A program made the position numbers and the translations under genes. From Nocardioidaceae bacterium (GTDB taxonomy: Bacteria > Actinomycetota > Actinomycetes > Propionibacteriales > Nocardioidaceae): a DNA stretch of 51,030 nt. Position 1 is the stretch's first letter; each line of letters begins with the position of its first letter. The stretch is from the NCBI GenBank assembly GCA_013698185.1, contig JACCVL010000044.1, positions 1 to 51,030 of the forward strand, given 5' to 3'. Below the pieces are notes generated by a model that saw nothing but the letters and a program-made list of their open reading frames with translations, was not told the DNA's origin and searched no databases. Shown here piece after piece: positions 1-9,255 of this stretch.

Positions 1-47
1 GCCTCGGTGTCGACGGGCCGGGTGGGGTCGTTCAGCGGGCTGCTCAT
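1..47 (-). CDS. 5' end of a CDS that runs off the window (MSSPLNDPTRPVDTE...). By operon position it is probably the second ATPase (LivF-like) of the ABC importer.
   Basis: The ATG at 45-47 (minus strand) overlaps the TGA of the upstream livG-like gene (ATGA). Only 15 codons are visible, so the identity is positional inference. Confidence 0.35.
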   Translation of the reverse strand, partial: MSSPLNDPTRPVDTE

Positions 48-1015
48 CTGGGCGTCTCCTTCTGGTCGGCCCCGCGGTTTCGCTCGGCTGCCAGTCGTTG
101 CTCCTCTGCCTCCACGCTGATGTCGGAGTCGTGGTGGGCGCCCAGATAGGCGTCGATGACGACCTGGTTGGCCATCACGTTGTCGGGGGGGCCCTCGGCC
201 ACGATTTGGCCCTGCGCCATGACGACCACCCAGTCGGAGATGTCGCGCACCATGTCCATGTCGTGCTCGACGAACAGCACGGTCCGGCCCTCGTCACGCA
301 GGGTCTTGACGTGGCCCAGCAGCGACTGCTTCAGCGCCGGGTTCACCCCGGCCATCGGCTCGTCCAGCATCACCAGCTCGGGCTCGACCATCAGGGCCCG
401 GGCCATCTCCAGCAGCTTGCGCTGCCCCCCCGACAACGACCCGGCGAAGTCCTCGCGCTTGGCGTCGAGCGTGAAGCGGCCGAGCAGCGAGTCGGCCCGC
501 TCGGTGTTGGCCCGTTCCTGCCCTCGCCAGCGCATCGGCAGCAGGGCCGACAAGAAGCTCTCCCCGCGCTGACCGGTCGCGGCCAGGCGCATGTTCTCGA
601 TCACGGTCAGCTTGCTGAGCACCTTGGTGAGCTGGAAGGTGCGCACCATGCCGAGCCGGGCGACCTTGTAGGCCGCGATGCCGTCGAGCGACCGCCCGTT
701 GAACGTCCACGAGCCGGCATCGGGCCGGTCGAAGCCGGTGAGCAGGTTGAAGAACGTGGTCTTGCCCGCCCCGTTGGGGCCGATCAGTGCCGTGATCACC
801 CCGCGCTGCACCTCGAGGTGGCCGACATCGACGGCCGTCAGGCCACCGAACTGTCGCCGGATGCCGTCGGCGACCAGGATCGCGTCCGGTTTCGTCGCGC
901 CGGGCTCCCGGGCGACGTCACTCAGCGCAGCGGCGGCCTTCGCGGTGCCGACGGTGCTGTCGGTGCTGTCGGTGGTGTCGGTGGTGTCGGTGGTGTCGGT
1001 GGTGTCAGCGGGCAT
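44..1015 (-). CDS. livG: Branched-chain amino-acid ABC transporter ATP-binding protein (LivG-like) with a ~45-aa N-terminal extension
   Basis: 323-aa ORF with Walker [13 protein letters not shown] signature LSGGQRKLLEMARAL and Walker B VMLDEP. No alternative ATG/GTG start lies downstream of the repeat. The start overlaps the livM stop by 11 nt. Confidence 0.9.
   Translation of the reverse strand: MPADTTDTTDTTDTTDSTDSTVGTAKAAAALSDVAREPGATKPDAILVADGIRRQFGGLTAVDVGHLEVQRGVITALIGPNGAGKTTFFNLLTGFDRPDAGSWTFNGRSLDGIAAYKVARLGMVRTFQLTKVLSKLTVIENMRLAATGQRGESFLSALLPMRWRGQERANTERADSLLGRFTLDAKREDFAGSLSGGQRKLLEMARALMVEPELVMLDEPMAGVNPALKQSLLGHVKTLRDEGRTVLFVEHDMDMVRDISDWVVVMAQGQIVAEGPPDNVMANQVVIDAYLGAHHDSDISVEAEEQRLAAERNRGADQKETPR
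953..1006 (-). repeat. In-frame 9-bp tandem repeat x6 (ggtgctgtc x2, ggtggtgtc x4 on the + strand) encoding (DTT)4(DST)2 at the LivG N-terminus
   Basis: Read directly from the sequence; the units are contiguous and perfect within each subtype. Confidence 0.95.
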
Positions 1016-2000
1016 CGAGTGCGATCTCCCTCTTGTCCCCGAAGATCCCTTGCGGGCGGAAGATGATGAGCAGCACGAGCCCGAGACCGGCGGCGATGAA
1101 GCGCACCAGGCTGGCCTGGGTGCCGTCCATGATGGCCGGGCTGATCAGCGGTTCCGGCCCGGCGGTCGCCTGGGTGAAGAAGTTGCCGAGCAGGCTGATG
1201 AGGAACCAGAACATGATCGCGCCCACCACCGGCCCCAGGACTCGCGCAGCGCCGCCGAGGATCAGCACGGTGTAGGCGAAGAAGGTCACGTCGGTGGAGA
1301 AGTTCTCCGGGTTGATCGCGGCCTGGTCCAGCGCCACCAGGAAGCCGGCGATACCACCGAGCACACCACCGAGGACGAGCGCCTGCATCTTGTAGCCGTA
1401 GACGTTCTTGCCCAGCGACCGGACGGCCTCCTCGTCCTCGCGGATCGACTTGAGCACCCGCCCCCAGGGGCTGCGCATGAGGGCCCACACCAACAGGCAC
1501 GCCAGCGCGACCGAGATCCAGCCGACGGTGAAGACCCAGGCGTCGTTGGGGCGCAGGGTGAAGACCACCAGGTCGACGGACGAGCTGTAGGGGTTGATCG
1601 CCGTGAACGAGTCGTTGAACTCCTGCAGGCCGTCGCGGCCGCCGAACCACTCCTGCAGCGACACCGATCCGACCACGATGCGGATGATCTCGGCCGCCGC
1701 GATCGTCACGATGGCCAGATAGTCAGCCCGCAGGCGCAACGTGGGGGCGCCGAGCAGCAGGGCGAACACGATCGCGGCGAGGATTCCGATCGGGATCGCG
1801 ATCCAGAACGACAGTCCGAACGTCGTCACGGTGGCGGCCAGCCCGTAACCGCCGACGGCCATGAAGCCGGCCTGGCCGAAGTTGAGCAGGCCGGTGTACC
1901 CGAAGTGCACGTTCAGGCCGATCGCCGCCATGGCATAGACGATCGCGTCGCTGCCCAGAGCCGAGCGAAGCGAGAACTCGAGGATCTGGTCCCAGTTCAT
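1005..2000 (-). CDS. livM: Branched-chain amino-acid ABC transporter permease (LivM-like)
   Basis: Start MNWDQILEF at the ATG at 1998-2000, preceded by GGAAGGGA. Motif NFGQAGFMAVGGY and multiple TM segments. The longer 572-aa ORF in the track is an Arg/Pro-rich upstream extension that overlaps livH. Confidence 0.85.
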   Translation of the reverse strand: MNWDQILEFSLRSALGSDAIVYAMAAIGLNVHFGYTGLLNFGQAGFMAVGGYGLAATVTTFGLSFWIAIPIGILAAIVFALLLGAPTLRLRADYLAIVTIAAAEIIRIVVGSVSLQEWFGGRDGLQEFNDSFTAINPYSSSVDLVVFTLRPNDAWVFTVGWISVALACLLVWALMRSPWGRVLKSIREDEEAVRSLGKNVYGYKMQALVLGGVLGGIAGFLVALDQAAINPENFSTDVTFFAYTVLILGGAARVLGPVVGAIMFWFLISLLGNFFTQATAGPEPLISPAIMDGTQASLVRFIAAGLGLVLLIIFRPQGIFGDKREIALDAR

Positions 2001-2029
2001 GGATGTCCCTTCCAGACCGTCCGGTGCCG

Positions 2030-3328
2030 TCAGCCCACGCGCTCGCGCCGGCCCAGGATGCCCTGGGGCCGGACGAGGAGGATGAGGATGAGCAGCACCA
2101 AGGCACCGACGTACTTGAGCTCTGCGGGGACCACCAGGGTCGAGACCTCGATCATCATTCCGACGATGAGGCTGCCGACCATGGCACCCCAGATGGTGCC
2201 GAGGCCGCCCAGGGTCACTCCGGCGAAGACCAGCAGCAAGATCTTGAAGCCCATCTGGTACTCCACCTGCTGGTCGACGCCCAGCAGGACGCCGGACAGC
2301 CCGGCCAGTGCGGTGCCAGCGACCCACACCACGGTGATCACCTGGGCGACGTTGATGCCCGACGAGGCCGCGAGGGCTGGGTTGTCGGCGACCGCGCGGG
2401 TCGCCTTCCCCAGCCGGGTGCGCGCCAGCAGCAGCGACACCACGACCAGGACGGTGATCGCGATCGAGATGATGAACAGGTCCTTGGGGGTGGGCTCGAC
2501 CAGCGGCAGGTCGAGCGGGCCCTGGTCGGTGTACTGGTCGTAGGCGCGGGTGTCGTCGCCGAACAGGTACTGGAACACGTTGCGCAAGAACAGGCCGACG
2601 CCGATGCTGACGATCATCAAGGCGATGTTGCCCGTGCCGCGGTTGCGCAGAGGTCGCCAGAAGCCGAGGTCCTGGACGACCCCGACCCCGGCCATGATGA
2701 CCACCGCGAGCAGCCCGGCCCACAGCACCGGCAGGCCAGCGGAGTCGTTGAGGGTGTAGGTGATGATCGCGCCGAGGGTGACGAGCTCGCCGTGGGCGAA
2801 GTTGGTCAGGCCGGTGGTGCCGTAGACCATTGACAGGCCCAGCGCCGCCAGCGCGATCAGCAGGCCGAACTTGATGCCCGACAGCAGCAGGTCGGGTAGC
2901 CGGTCGACCCAGGTCTCGATGTCGCGGGTGTCCGGCCCGATGGGGAACTGGACCGTCGCATCGAAGCCCAGGACGTTGACCGTGGCCTTGATCCGGTCGG
3001 GGTCGGTCAGGAACGTCCCCTCCGGCAGGGTCTCGGCGTCGATGGTGACGGTGTACTCACCGCCTTGCGGCACCGGCACCGACGCCACGCCGTCGTCGCC
3101 GGACGTCGCCGTGCCGACCTGTTTGCCACCAGCATCTGTCACCACGATGTCGACGCCGGGGACGGGAGCGGACTTGCCGCCCGTCGTGTCGATGAGCTTC
3201 GCGTTGATGGTGAGCTCTTCGCCACCGCTGCCCCCGTCAGCGGCTGCGGGCCCGGCTGCGGCCAGCGCACCGATGCCGAGAAGCCCGCCCACGAGGCTCC
3301 AGACGAGCGCGATGAGCAGCTTACGCAC
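2030..3328 (-). CDS. livH: Branched-chain amino-acid ABC transporter permease (LivH-like) with a signal peptide plus ~105-aa N-terminal extracytoplasmic domain
   Basis: The LivH core runs from LLLSGIKFGLLIALAALGLSMVYGTTGLTNFAHGE onward. The preferred start is GTG 3326-3328 (VRKLLIALV...) with AGGAG 8 nt upstream; an in-frame GTG at 3355 is the alternative. Confidence 0.85.
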   Translation of the reverse strand: MRKLLIALVWSLVGGLLGIGALAAAGPAAADGGSGGEELTINAKLIDTTGGKSAPVPGVDIVVTDAGGKQVGTATSGDDGVASVPVPQGGEYTVTIDAETLPEGTFLTDPDRIKATVNVLGFDATVQFPIGPDTRDIETWVDRLPDLLLSGIKFGLLIALAALGLSMVYGTTGLTNFAHGELVTLGAIITYTLNDSAGLPVLWAGLLAVVIMAGVGVVQDLGFWRPLRNRGTGNIALMIVSIGVGLFLRNVFQYLFGDDTRAYDQYTDQGPLDLPLVEPTPKDLFIISIAITVLVVVSLLLARTRLGKATRAVADNPALAASSGINVAQVITVVWVAGTALAGLSGVLLGVDQQVEYQMGFKILLLVFAGVTLGGLGTIWGAMVGSLIVGMMIEVSTLVVPAELKYVGALVLLILILLVRPQGILGRRERVG

Positions 3329-3366
3329 GGGGTGTACTCCTGTCCGGCTCGGCACAGACCTGCACA

Positions 3367-3417
3367 GGCCCGTGCATCGGGCCGCAACCTTCTTCTGCGG
3401 TCGACCTGCGGATCATA
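3367..3417 (-). promoter_or_regulatory. Candidate liv operon leader: a -10-like TATGAT (minus strand, 3412-3417) followed by a GGCCCG-N5-CGGGCC hairpin (3367-3383)
   Basis: The hexamer and inverted repeat were read directly. No convincing -35 is present. Confidence 0.25.
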
Positions 3418-3448
3418 GCGACCGCTGGTCGCCCTGGGTGGCAGCAGA

Positions 3449-4213
3449 TCACGCGCTGGTGACAATTTGCACCAGGATCGGGGCGAGCACCAATGCCGGC
3501 AGCAGATCCCCGACCGGGATCCGGCGGATCTGCAGCAGCCGCAACGCCACCCCGACGAGCAACACCCCACCCGTCGCCGTCATCGCGACCAGGTGCGCGT
3601 CGGGGACGAAGGAGCCCAGCACGGCGCCGAGCGCGGTCAGCGACCCCTGCACGGCCAGCACGGCCAGCGCCGAGGCCGCCACGCCCCAGCCGAAGCTGGC
3701 CGCGAAGGCGATCGACGCGAAGCCGTCCAGCACCGACTTCAGCACCAGCTGGTCCGCGCCCTGACCGAGTCCGTCGGACAGTGCGCCGAGGATCGTGAGC
3801 GGTCCGACGCAGAACACCAGGGAGGCGGTCAGGAAGCCCTCGACGAAGCGCTGCTGGTCACCGGCTCTGCTCGAGCCGGTCTCGGCTGCCGCGGCGCCCA
3901 CCAGTCGGCGGCGCAGAGCCGCACCCAGCGCCTCGAGCCGGTCCTCGATGCCCAGCAAAGACCCGACGATGCCCCCGAGGAGCAGCGAACCCAGCACGAT
4001 CAGCACCGGCGCGCTGTCACCCACCGCGGCACTGAGCTGCGGGTCGGTCACGGTCATGGCCGACAAAGCAGCCACCAACAACGTCACCAGACCCAAGGCG
4101 TCGGTGACGACATCACGCGTGCGCTGCGGCAAGCGGTGACCGACCAGCACCCCGATGCCGGAGCCGAGCAGCACCGCCACGACGTTGACGACGGTGCCGA
4201 CCCCGCGGAACAC
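3449..4213 (-). CDS. DUF554-family integral membrane protein
   Basis: GTG start giving VFRGVGTVVNVVAVLLGSGIGVLVGHRLP..., typical of the DUF554 N-terminus. Hydrophobic throughout. The upstream part of the 406-aa ORF is Arg/Pro-rich and overlaps the thioesterase gene. Confidence 0.75.
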   Translation of the reverse strand: MFRGVGTVVNVVAVLLGSGIGVLVGHRLPQRTRDVVTDALGLVTLLVAALSAMTVTDPQLSAAVGDSAPVLIVLGSLLLGGIVGSLLGIEDRLEALGAALRRRLVGAAAAETGSSRAGDQQRFVEGFLTASLVFCVGPLTILGALSDGLGQGADQLVLKSVLDGFASIAFAASFGWGVAASALAVLAVQGSLTALGAVLGSFVPDAHLVAMTATGGVLLVGVALRLLQIRRIPVGDLLPALVLAPILVQIVTSA

Positions 4214-4224
4214 CCCGGCCCCGC

Positions 4225-4644
4225 TCAGACCCGCGCGACCAGCTGGCAGGTGATCCGGGCGGTGCAGATCCGCCGGTCCTGCTCGTCGCGGACGACCACC
4301 TCGTACGTTGCCACGGTCCGGCCGAGGTGGACGGGGCTGGCGACACCGGTGACGACACCGTCGCGGGCGGCTCGGTGATGGGTGGCGTTGATGTCGACGC
4401 CGACGGCGAATCGGCCCTGGCCGGCGTGCAGCGTCGCCCCCACCGAGCCGAGGCTCTCGGCAAGCACGCAGGACGCGCCACCGTGCAGCAGCCCGAACGG
4501 CTGGGTGTTGCCGGCCACCGGCATGCTGCCGACAATGCGCTCCGGCGTGGCCTCGAGGATCTCGATCCCCATCCGGTCGTGCAGCGCAGCCTGGACGAGT
4601 CCGGCGAGCTGGCTGGTCGGTTCGGTCGGGTCGGGCTGGTCCAC
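4225..4644 (-). CDS. PaaI/YbdB-type hotdog-fold thioesterase
   Basis: 139 aa. Motif GLLHGGASCVLAESLGS and overall PaaI-like length. GTG start preceded by GAAGGGAA. Confidence 0.8.
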   Translation of the reverse strand: MDQPDPTEPTSQLAGLVQAALHDRMGIEILEATPERIVGSMPVAGNTQPFGLLHGGASCVLAESLGSVGATLHAGQGRFAVGVDINATHHRAARDGVVTGVASPVHLGRTVATYEVVVRDEQDRRICTARITCQLVARV

Positions 4645-4724
4645 GCGGTTCCCTTCGGCGGCGCGCCACGGCGGAGGCTGAGCGCGGATGAGGTCTGTCC
4701 GGGGCTCAGACTAGAGTCGCGGGC

Positions 4725-7430
4725 GTGGCTGATCCGACTGCGCCCCACCGGCCCCGGCTGCTCTTGCTGGACGGCCACTCGCTGGCGTACCGGGCCTTTT
4801 TCGCCCTGCCGGTGGAGAATTTCTCCACCTCCACCGGGCAGCCCACCAACGCGGTCTACGGCTTCACCTCGATGCTCATCAACGTCCTGCGCGACGAGCA
4901 GCCCAGTCACGTGGCGGTGGCCTTCGACGTGTCCCGCCAGACCTTCCGGCTGGCCGAGTACGCCGACTACAAGGGCAACCGCTCGTCGTCGCCGCCGGAG
5001 TTCGCCGGGCAGGTGTCGCTGGTCAAGGAGGTGCTGGAGGCGTTGCACGTCGCCACCCTCGAGCGCGACGGTTACGAGGCGGACGACGTCATTGCCACCC
5101 TCACCAGCCAGGCCGAGACGGCAGGTTTCGACGTGCTGATCTGCACCGGCGACAGGGACGCCCTGCAGCTGGTGTCGGACCGGGTGACGGTGCTCTATCC
5201 CCGCAAGGGGGTGTCCGACCTGGCGCGCATGACGCCGGCAGCAGTGCGAGACAAGTACGGCGTGTCCCCGTCGCGCTACCCCGATCTGGCCGCGCTCGTC
5301 GGTGAGACCAGCGACAACCTGCCCGGGGTGCCCGGGGTGGGGCCCAAGACTGCCGCGAAGTGGATCGAGCGCTTCGGTGATCTCGACGGCCTCGTCACCC
5401 ACGTCGGTGAGATCGGCGGCATGGCCGGCGACGCCCTGCGCGAGCGACTGGGCGACGTGCAGCGCAACCGGCGGGTCAACCAGCTGGTGCGTGACCTCGA
5501 GCTGCCGCTGGCGCCGGACGACCTCTGCCTGCAGCCGTGGGACCGCGAGGCGATCCACACCGTCTTCGACGGCCTCGAGTTCCGGGTGCTCCGGGATCGG
5601 TTGTTCGCCACCTTGGCCGGTGACGAGCCTGTTGCCGAGGGGTCGGTCAGTGTCGAGGGGTCGGTGCTCGGCGCCGGCGAGGTGGCCGGCTGGCTGGCCG
5701 TGCACGCTGTGGCGGGTGAGCCGGTGGGCGTCGACGTGGTCGGCAGCTGGACTCCGGGCGGGGGGAGGGTCGACGGCGTCGCGCTGGCGGTGCGGGACGG
5801 AGTCGCGGCCTACCTCGTGCTGGACCAGGACAGGGTCGCGACCCCTGACGACGAGCGGGTGCTGGCCGACTGGCTTGCGGACCCGGGCCGGCCCAAGGTG
5901 CTGCACGACGCCAAGGCCCCGATGCTCGCCCTGGCCGAGCGTGGCTGGCGGCTCGACGGCATCGCCTGCGACACGGCGCTGGCGGCCTATCTGGGCCGCC
6001 CCGACCAGCGGTCGTACGACCTGGCCGACCTGACGCTGCGCCACCTGCAGCGTGAGCTGCGCGACGACGCAGCCGACTCCGACCAGCTCGCTCTCGACCT
6101 CGGTGCCGAGTCCGGCGCGGCCCGCTCTGCCACGGCCATGCTGCGCGCCCGGGCGGCCCTCGACCTGTCGGTCGCCCTCGAGGCCGACCTCGACCAGCGT
6201 GGCGGCAGCCGGCTGCTCGCCGAGGTCGAGCTCCCGCTTGTCAGCGTGCTCACCGACATGGAGCGCGTCGGCGTCGCGGTCGACGACGACCACCTGTCCC
6301 GGCTCGAGGACGACTTCGCCACCTTGGTGCGCCAGGCCGCCGACGAGGCGTACGAGGTCATCGGCAAGCAGATCAACCTCGGCTCGCCCAAGCAGCTCCA
6401 GATCGTGCTGTTCGACGAGCTGGGCATGCCCAAGACCAAGCGCACGAAGACCGGCTACACCACCGATGCCGAGGCGCTGCAACAGCTGCATGCCAAGACC
6501 GAGCACCCCTTCTTGATGCACCTGCTCGCGCACCGTGACGCCAGCCGGCTGCGCTCGACCGTGGAGGGGCTGCGCAAGACCGTGGCCGCCGACGGGCGCA
6601 TCCACACCACCTTCAACCAGATGATCGCCGCGACGGGGCGGTTGAGCTCGACCGAGCCCAACCTGCAGAACATCCCCATCCGGACCGAGTCCGGGCGGCG
6701 CATCCGCGAGGCGTTCGTGGTCGGGCCGGCGTACGAGTGCCTGCTGACCGCCGACTACAGCCAGATCGAGATGCGCATCATGGCTGACCTGTCCCATGAC
6801 GCCGACCTGATCGCTGCCTTCAAGTCCGGCATGGACTTCCACAGCGCGACCGCATCGTCGGTGTTCTCCGTCGAGCCGGGCCAGGTCACCGGCGCTATGC
6901 GGGCCAAGATCAAGGCGATGAACTACGGGCTCGCCTACGGTCTGTCCGCCTACGGGCTCTCCCAGCAGCTCGGTGTCGAGACGGCCGAGGCGCAGGCGCT
7001 CATGGAGAACTACTTCCTCAGCTTCGGGGGGGTTCGCGACTACCTGCGTGGCGTGGTCGACGAGGCCCGGCGCACCGGCTACACCGAGACGCTGATGGGG
7101 CGCCGCCGCTACCTACCCGATCTGACCAGCGACAACCGGCAGCGCCGTGAGATGGCCGAACGGATGGCGTTGAACGCCCCGATCCAGGGCTCCGCGGCGG
7201 ACATCATCAAGGTGGCGATGCTGGGTGTCCACCAGGCGCTCGAGGCCACCGAGCTCGCGTCGCGGCTGCTGTTGCAGGTCCATGACGAGCTGGTGCTCGA
7301 GGTGGCACCGGGGGAGCGGGACACCGTCGAAGACCTCGTGCGGGTCCACATGGCCACGGCGTACGACCTGGCGGTGCCGCTGGATGTCTCGGTCGGCATC
7401 GGGCGCACCTGGCAGGACGCCGGACACTGA
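4725..7430 (+). CDS. polA: DNA polymerase I
   Basis: 901 aa. 5' nuclease N-terminus LLLLDGHSLAYRAFFAL. Polymerase motifs A DYSQIEMRIMA, B RAKIKAMNYGLAYG and C LQVHDELVLE. Confidence 0.97.
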   Translation: MADPTAPHRPRLLLLDGHSLAYRAFFALPVENFSTSTGQPTNAVYGFTSMLINVLRDEQPSHVAVAFDVSRQTFRLAEYADYKGNRSSSPPEFAGQVSLVKEVLEALHVATLERDGYEADDVIATLTSQAETAGFDVLICTGDRDALQLVSDRVTVLYPRKGVSDLARMTPAAVRDKYGVSPSRYPDLAALVGETSDNLPGVPGVGPKTAAKWIERFGDLDGLVTHVGEIGGMAGDALRERLGDVQRNRRVNQLVRDLELPLAPDDLCLQPWDREAIHTVFDGLEFRVLRDRLFATLAGDEPVAEGSVSVEGSVLGAGEVAGWLAVHAVAGEPVGVDVVGSWTPGGGRVDGVALAVRDGVAAYLVLDQDRVATPDDERVLADWLADPGRPKVLHDAKAPMLALAERGWRLDGIACDTALAAYLGRPDQRSYDLADLTLRHLQRELRDDAADSDQLALDLGAESGAARSATAMLRARAALDLSVALEADLDQRGGSRLLAEVELPLVSVLTDMERVGVAVDDDHLSRLEDDFATLVRQAADEAYEVIGKQINLGSPKQLQIVLFDELGMPKTKRTKTGYTTDAEALQQLHAKTEHPFLMHLLAHRDASRLRSTVEGLRKTVAADGRIHTTFNQMIAATGRLSSTEPNLQNIPIRTESGRRIREAFVVGPAYECLLTADYSQIEMRIMADLSHDADLIAAFKSGMDFHSATASSVFSVEPGQVTGAMRAKIKAMNYGLAYGLSAYGLSQQLGVETAEAQALMENYFLSFGGVRDYLRGVVDEARRTGYTETLMGRRRYLPDLTSDNRQRREMAERMALNAPIQGSAADIIKVAMLGVHQALEATELASRLLLQVHDELVLEVAPGERDTVEDLVRVHMATAYDLAVPLDVSVGIGRTWQDAGH

Positions 7431-7478
7431 GGGCACGGGAGCGGCGGGCTCCGGCGCCGGCGGGCGCGCGTACCCACG

Positions 7479-7508
7479 TTGACCCTCAGTGGCGCCGCCC
7501 CGTAAACT
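7479..7508 (+). promoter_or_regulatory. Candidate housekeeping-sigma promoter for rpsA: TTGACC-N18-TAAACT
   Basis: -35 at 7479-7484 and -10 at 7503-7508, implying a ~150-nt leader before the ATG at 7661. Confidence 0.45.
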
Positions 7509-7660
7509 CGACGGTGCGCTGTGGCCTGCGCGACCTCGTATGGAGCAGGCCGTGCTCGCACCGAGAAGATCGTCTCGCGCCCGCGCGAGCCCCTCACTCC
7601 TGCGGACCAGGGTCGCCGCGCGCCCAGCACAATTCCCCGTCCCCGGAGATCACCCACCCC

Positions 7661-9223
7661 ATGACGACCAGCAGCATCGAGGCACCCCCCGCGCCCGGCG
7701 GCGCCAAGTCCACCCCGCAGGTGGCGGTCAACGACATCGGTACGGCTGAGGAGTTCCTCGCCGCCATCGACGAGACCATCAAATACTTCAACGACGGCGA
7801 CATCGTCGACGGGACGATCGTCAAGGTCGACCGCGACGAGGTGTTGCTGGACATCGGCTACAAGACCGAGGGCGTCATCCCCTCGCGCGAGCTGTCGATC
7901 AAGCACGACATCGACCCGCACGAGGTCGTCCGGCTGGGCGACGCGGTCGAGGCCCTCGTCCTGCAGAAGGAGGACAAGGAGGGTCGCCTGATCCTGTCCA
8001 AGAAGCGCGCCCAGTACGAGCGCGCCTGGGGCACGATCGAGACCATCAAGGACGAGGACGGCGTCGTCACCGGCACCGTCATCGAGGTCGTCAAGGGTGG
8101 CCTCATCCTCGACATCGGGCTGCGGGGTTTCTTGCCCGCGTCGCTGGTGGAGATGCGCCGGGTGCGTGACCTGCAGCCGTACGTCGGCCGTGAGATCGAG
8201 GCCAAGATCATCGAGCTGGACAAGAACCGCAACAACGTGGTCCTGTCCCGCCGTGCGTGGCTGGAGCAGACGCAGAGCGAGGTGCGGCAGAACTTCCTCA
8301 CCCAGCTGGGCAAGAGCCAGGTCCGCAAGGGCGTGGTGTCGTCCATCGTCAACTTCGGCGCGTTCGTCGACCTCGGCGGGGTCGACGGGCTCGTGCACGT
8401 CTCCGAGCTGTCCTGGAAGCACATCGATCACCCGAGCGAGGTCGTCGAGGTCGGCCAGGAGGTCACCGTCGAGGTCCTCGACGTCGACATGGACCGCGAG
8501 CGGGTCTCGCTGTCGCTCAAGGCCACCCAGGAGGACCCGTGGCAGCACTTCGCGCGGACCCACCAGATCGGGCAGATCGTGCCCGGCAAGGTCACCAAGC
8601 TGGTGCCGTTCGGCTCCTTCGTCCGGGTCGAGGAGGGCATCGAGGGGCTGGTGCACATCTCCGAGCTCGCTGAGCGCCACGTCGAGATCCCCGAGCAGGT
8701 CGTCCAGGTCAACGACGACACGATGGTCAAGATCATCGACATCGACCTCGAGCGCCGCCGCATCTCGCTGTCGCTCAAGCAGGCCAACGACAACGTCGCC
8801 GTCACCGACGAGCAGTTCGACCCGTCGCTGTACGGCATGACCGCCAGCTACGACGACCAGGGCAACTACATCTACCCCGAGGGCTTCGACCCCGAGACCG
8901 GGCAGTGGTTGTCGGGCCATGAGAGCGGCCAGGCGCAGTGGGAGGCGCAGTACGCCAAGGCGCACGAGCGCTGGGAGGCCCACAAGCAGCAGATCGAGGT
9001 TGCCAAGAAGGCCGACCTCGAGGCCGGCGAGGTGGCCAACTACTCCACCGACACCGAGGATGGCCCCACCGCTGAAGCCGCTGAGGAGCGCCCCGGATCG
9101 GCCCCCTCCAGGCCGTCCGCATCGTCGACTCCGGCCGCCCCGGCGGCGCCGGGCGAGGCAGACGGAGCACTGGCCTCCGACGAGGCGTTGCAGGCGTTGC
9201 GCGAGAAGCTCACCGGCGGCTGA
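7661..9223 (+). CDS. rpsA: 30S ribosomal protein S1
   Basis: Start MTTSSIEAPP. Four S1 repeats (e.g. GDIVDGTIVKVD, GVVTGTVIEVVKGG, GVVSSIVNFGAFVDLGG, GQIVPGKVTKLVPFGSFV). GGAGA lies 11 nt upstream. There is an Ala/Pro/Ser-rich C-terminal tail. Confidence 0.95.
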   Translation: MTTSSIEAPPAPGGAKSTPQVAVNDIGTAEEFLAAIDETIKYFNDGDIVDGTIVKVDRDEVLLDIGYKTEGVIPSRELSIKHDIDPHEVVRLGDAVEALVLQKEDKEGRLILSKKRAQYERAWGTIETIKDEDGVVTGTVIEVVKGGLILDIGLRGFLPASLVEMRRVRDLQPYVGREIEAKIIELDKNRNNVVLSRRAWLEQTQSEVRQNFLTQLGKSQVRKGVVSSIVNFGAFVDLGGVDGLVHVSELSWKHIDHPSEVVEVGQEVTVEVLDVDMDRERVSLSLKATQEDPWQHFARTHQIGQIVPGKVTKLVPFGSFVRVEEGIEGLVHISELAERHVEIPEQVVQVNDDTMVKIIDIDLERRRISLSLKQANDNVAVTDEQFDPSLYGMTASYDDQGNYIYPEGFDPETGQWLSGHESGQAQWEAQYAKAHERWEAHKQQIEVAKKADLEAGEVANYSTDTEDGPTAEAAEERPGSAPSRPSASSTPAAPAAPGEADGALASDEALQALREKLTGG

Positions 9224-9255
9224 CCCAGCGTTGGCGCGTCTGACAGGCTGGGTGC

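Noticed and set aside
4113-6842. 909-aa ORF antisense to polA. Similar very long antisense or out-of-frame ORFs occur at 678-2543(+), 7109-8983(-), 12583-14457(+), 23305-24774(-) and 34641-35888(-).
   Set aside because: Their translations are Arg/Pro/Gly/His-rich low-complexity strings with no family motifs. They lie opposite genes with unambiguous motifs. Stop-codon-poor antisense frames are expected in very high-GC DNA.
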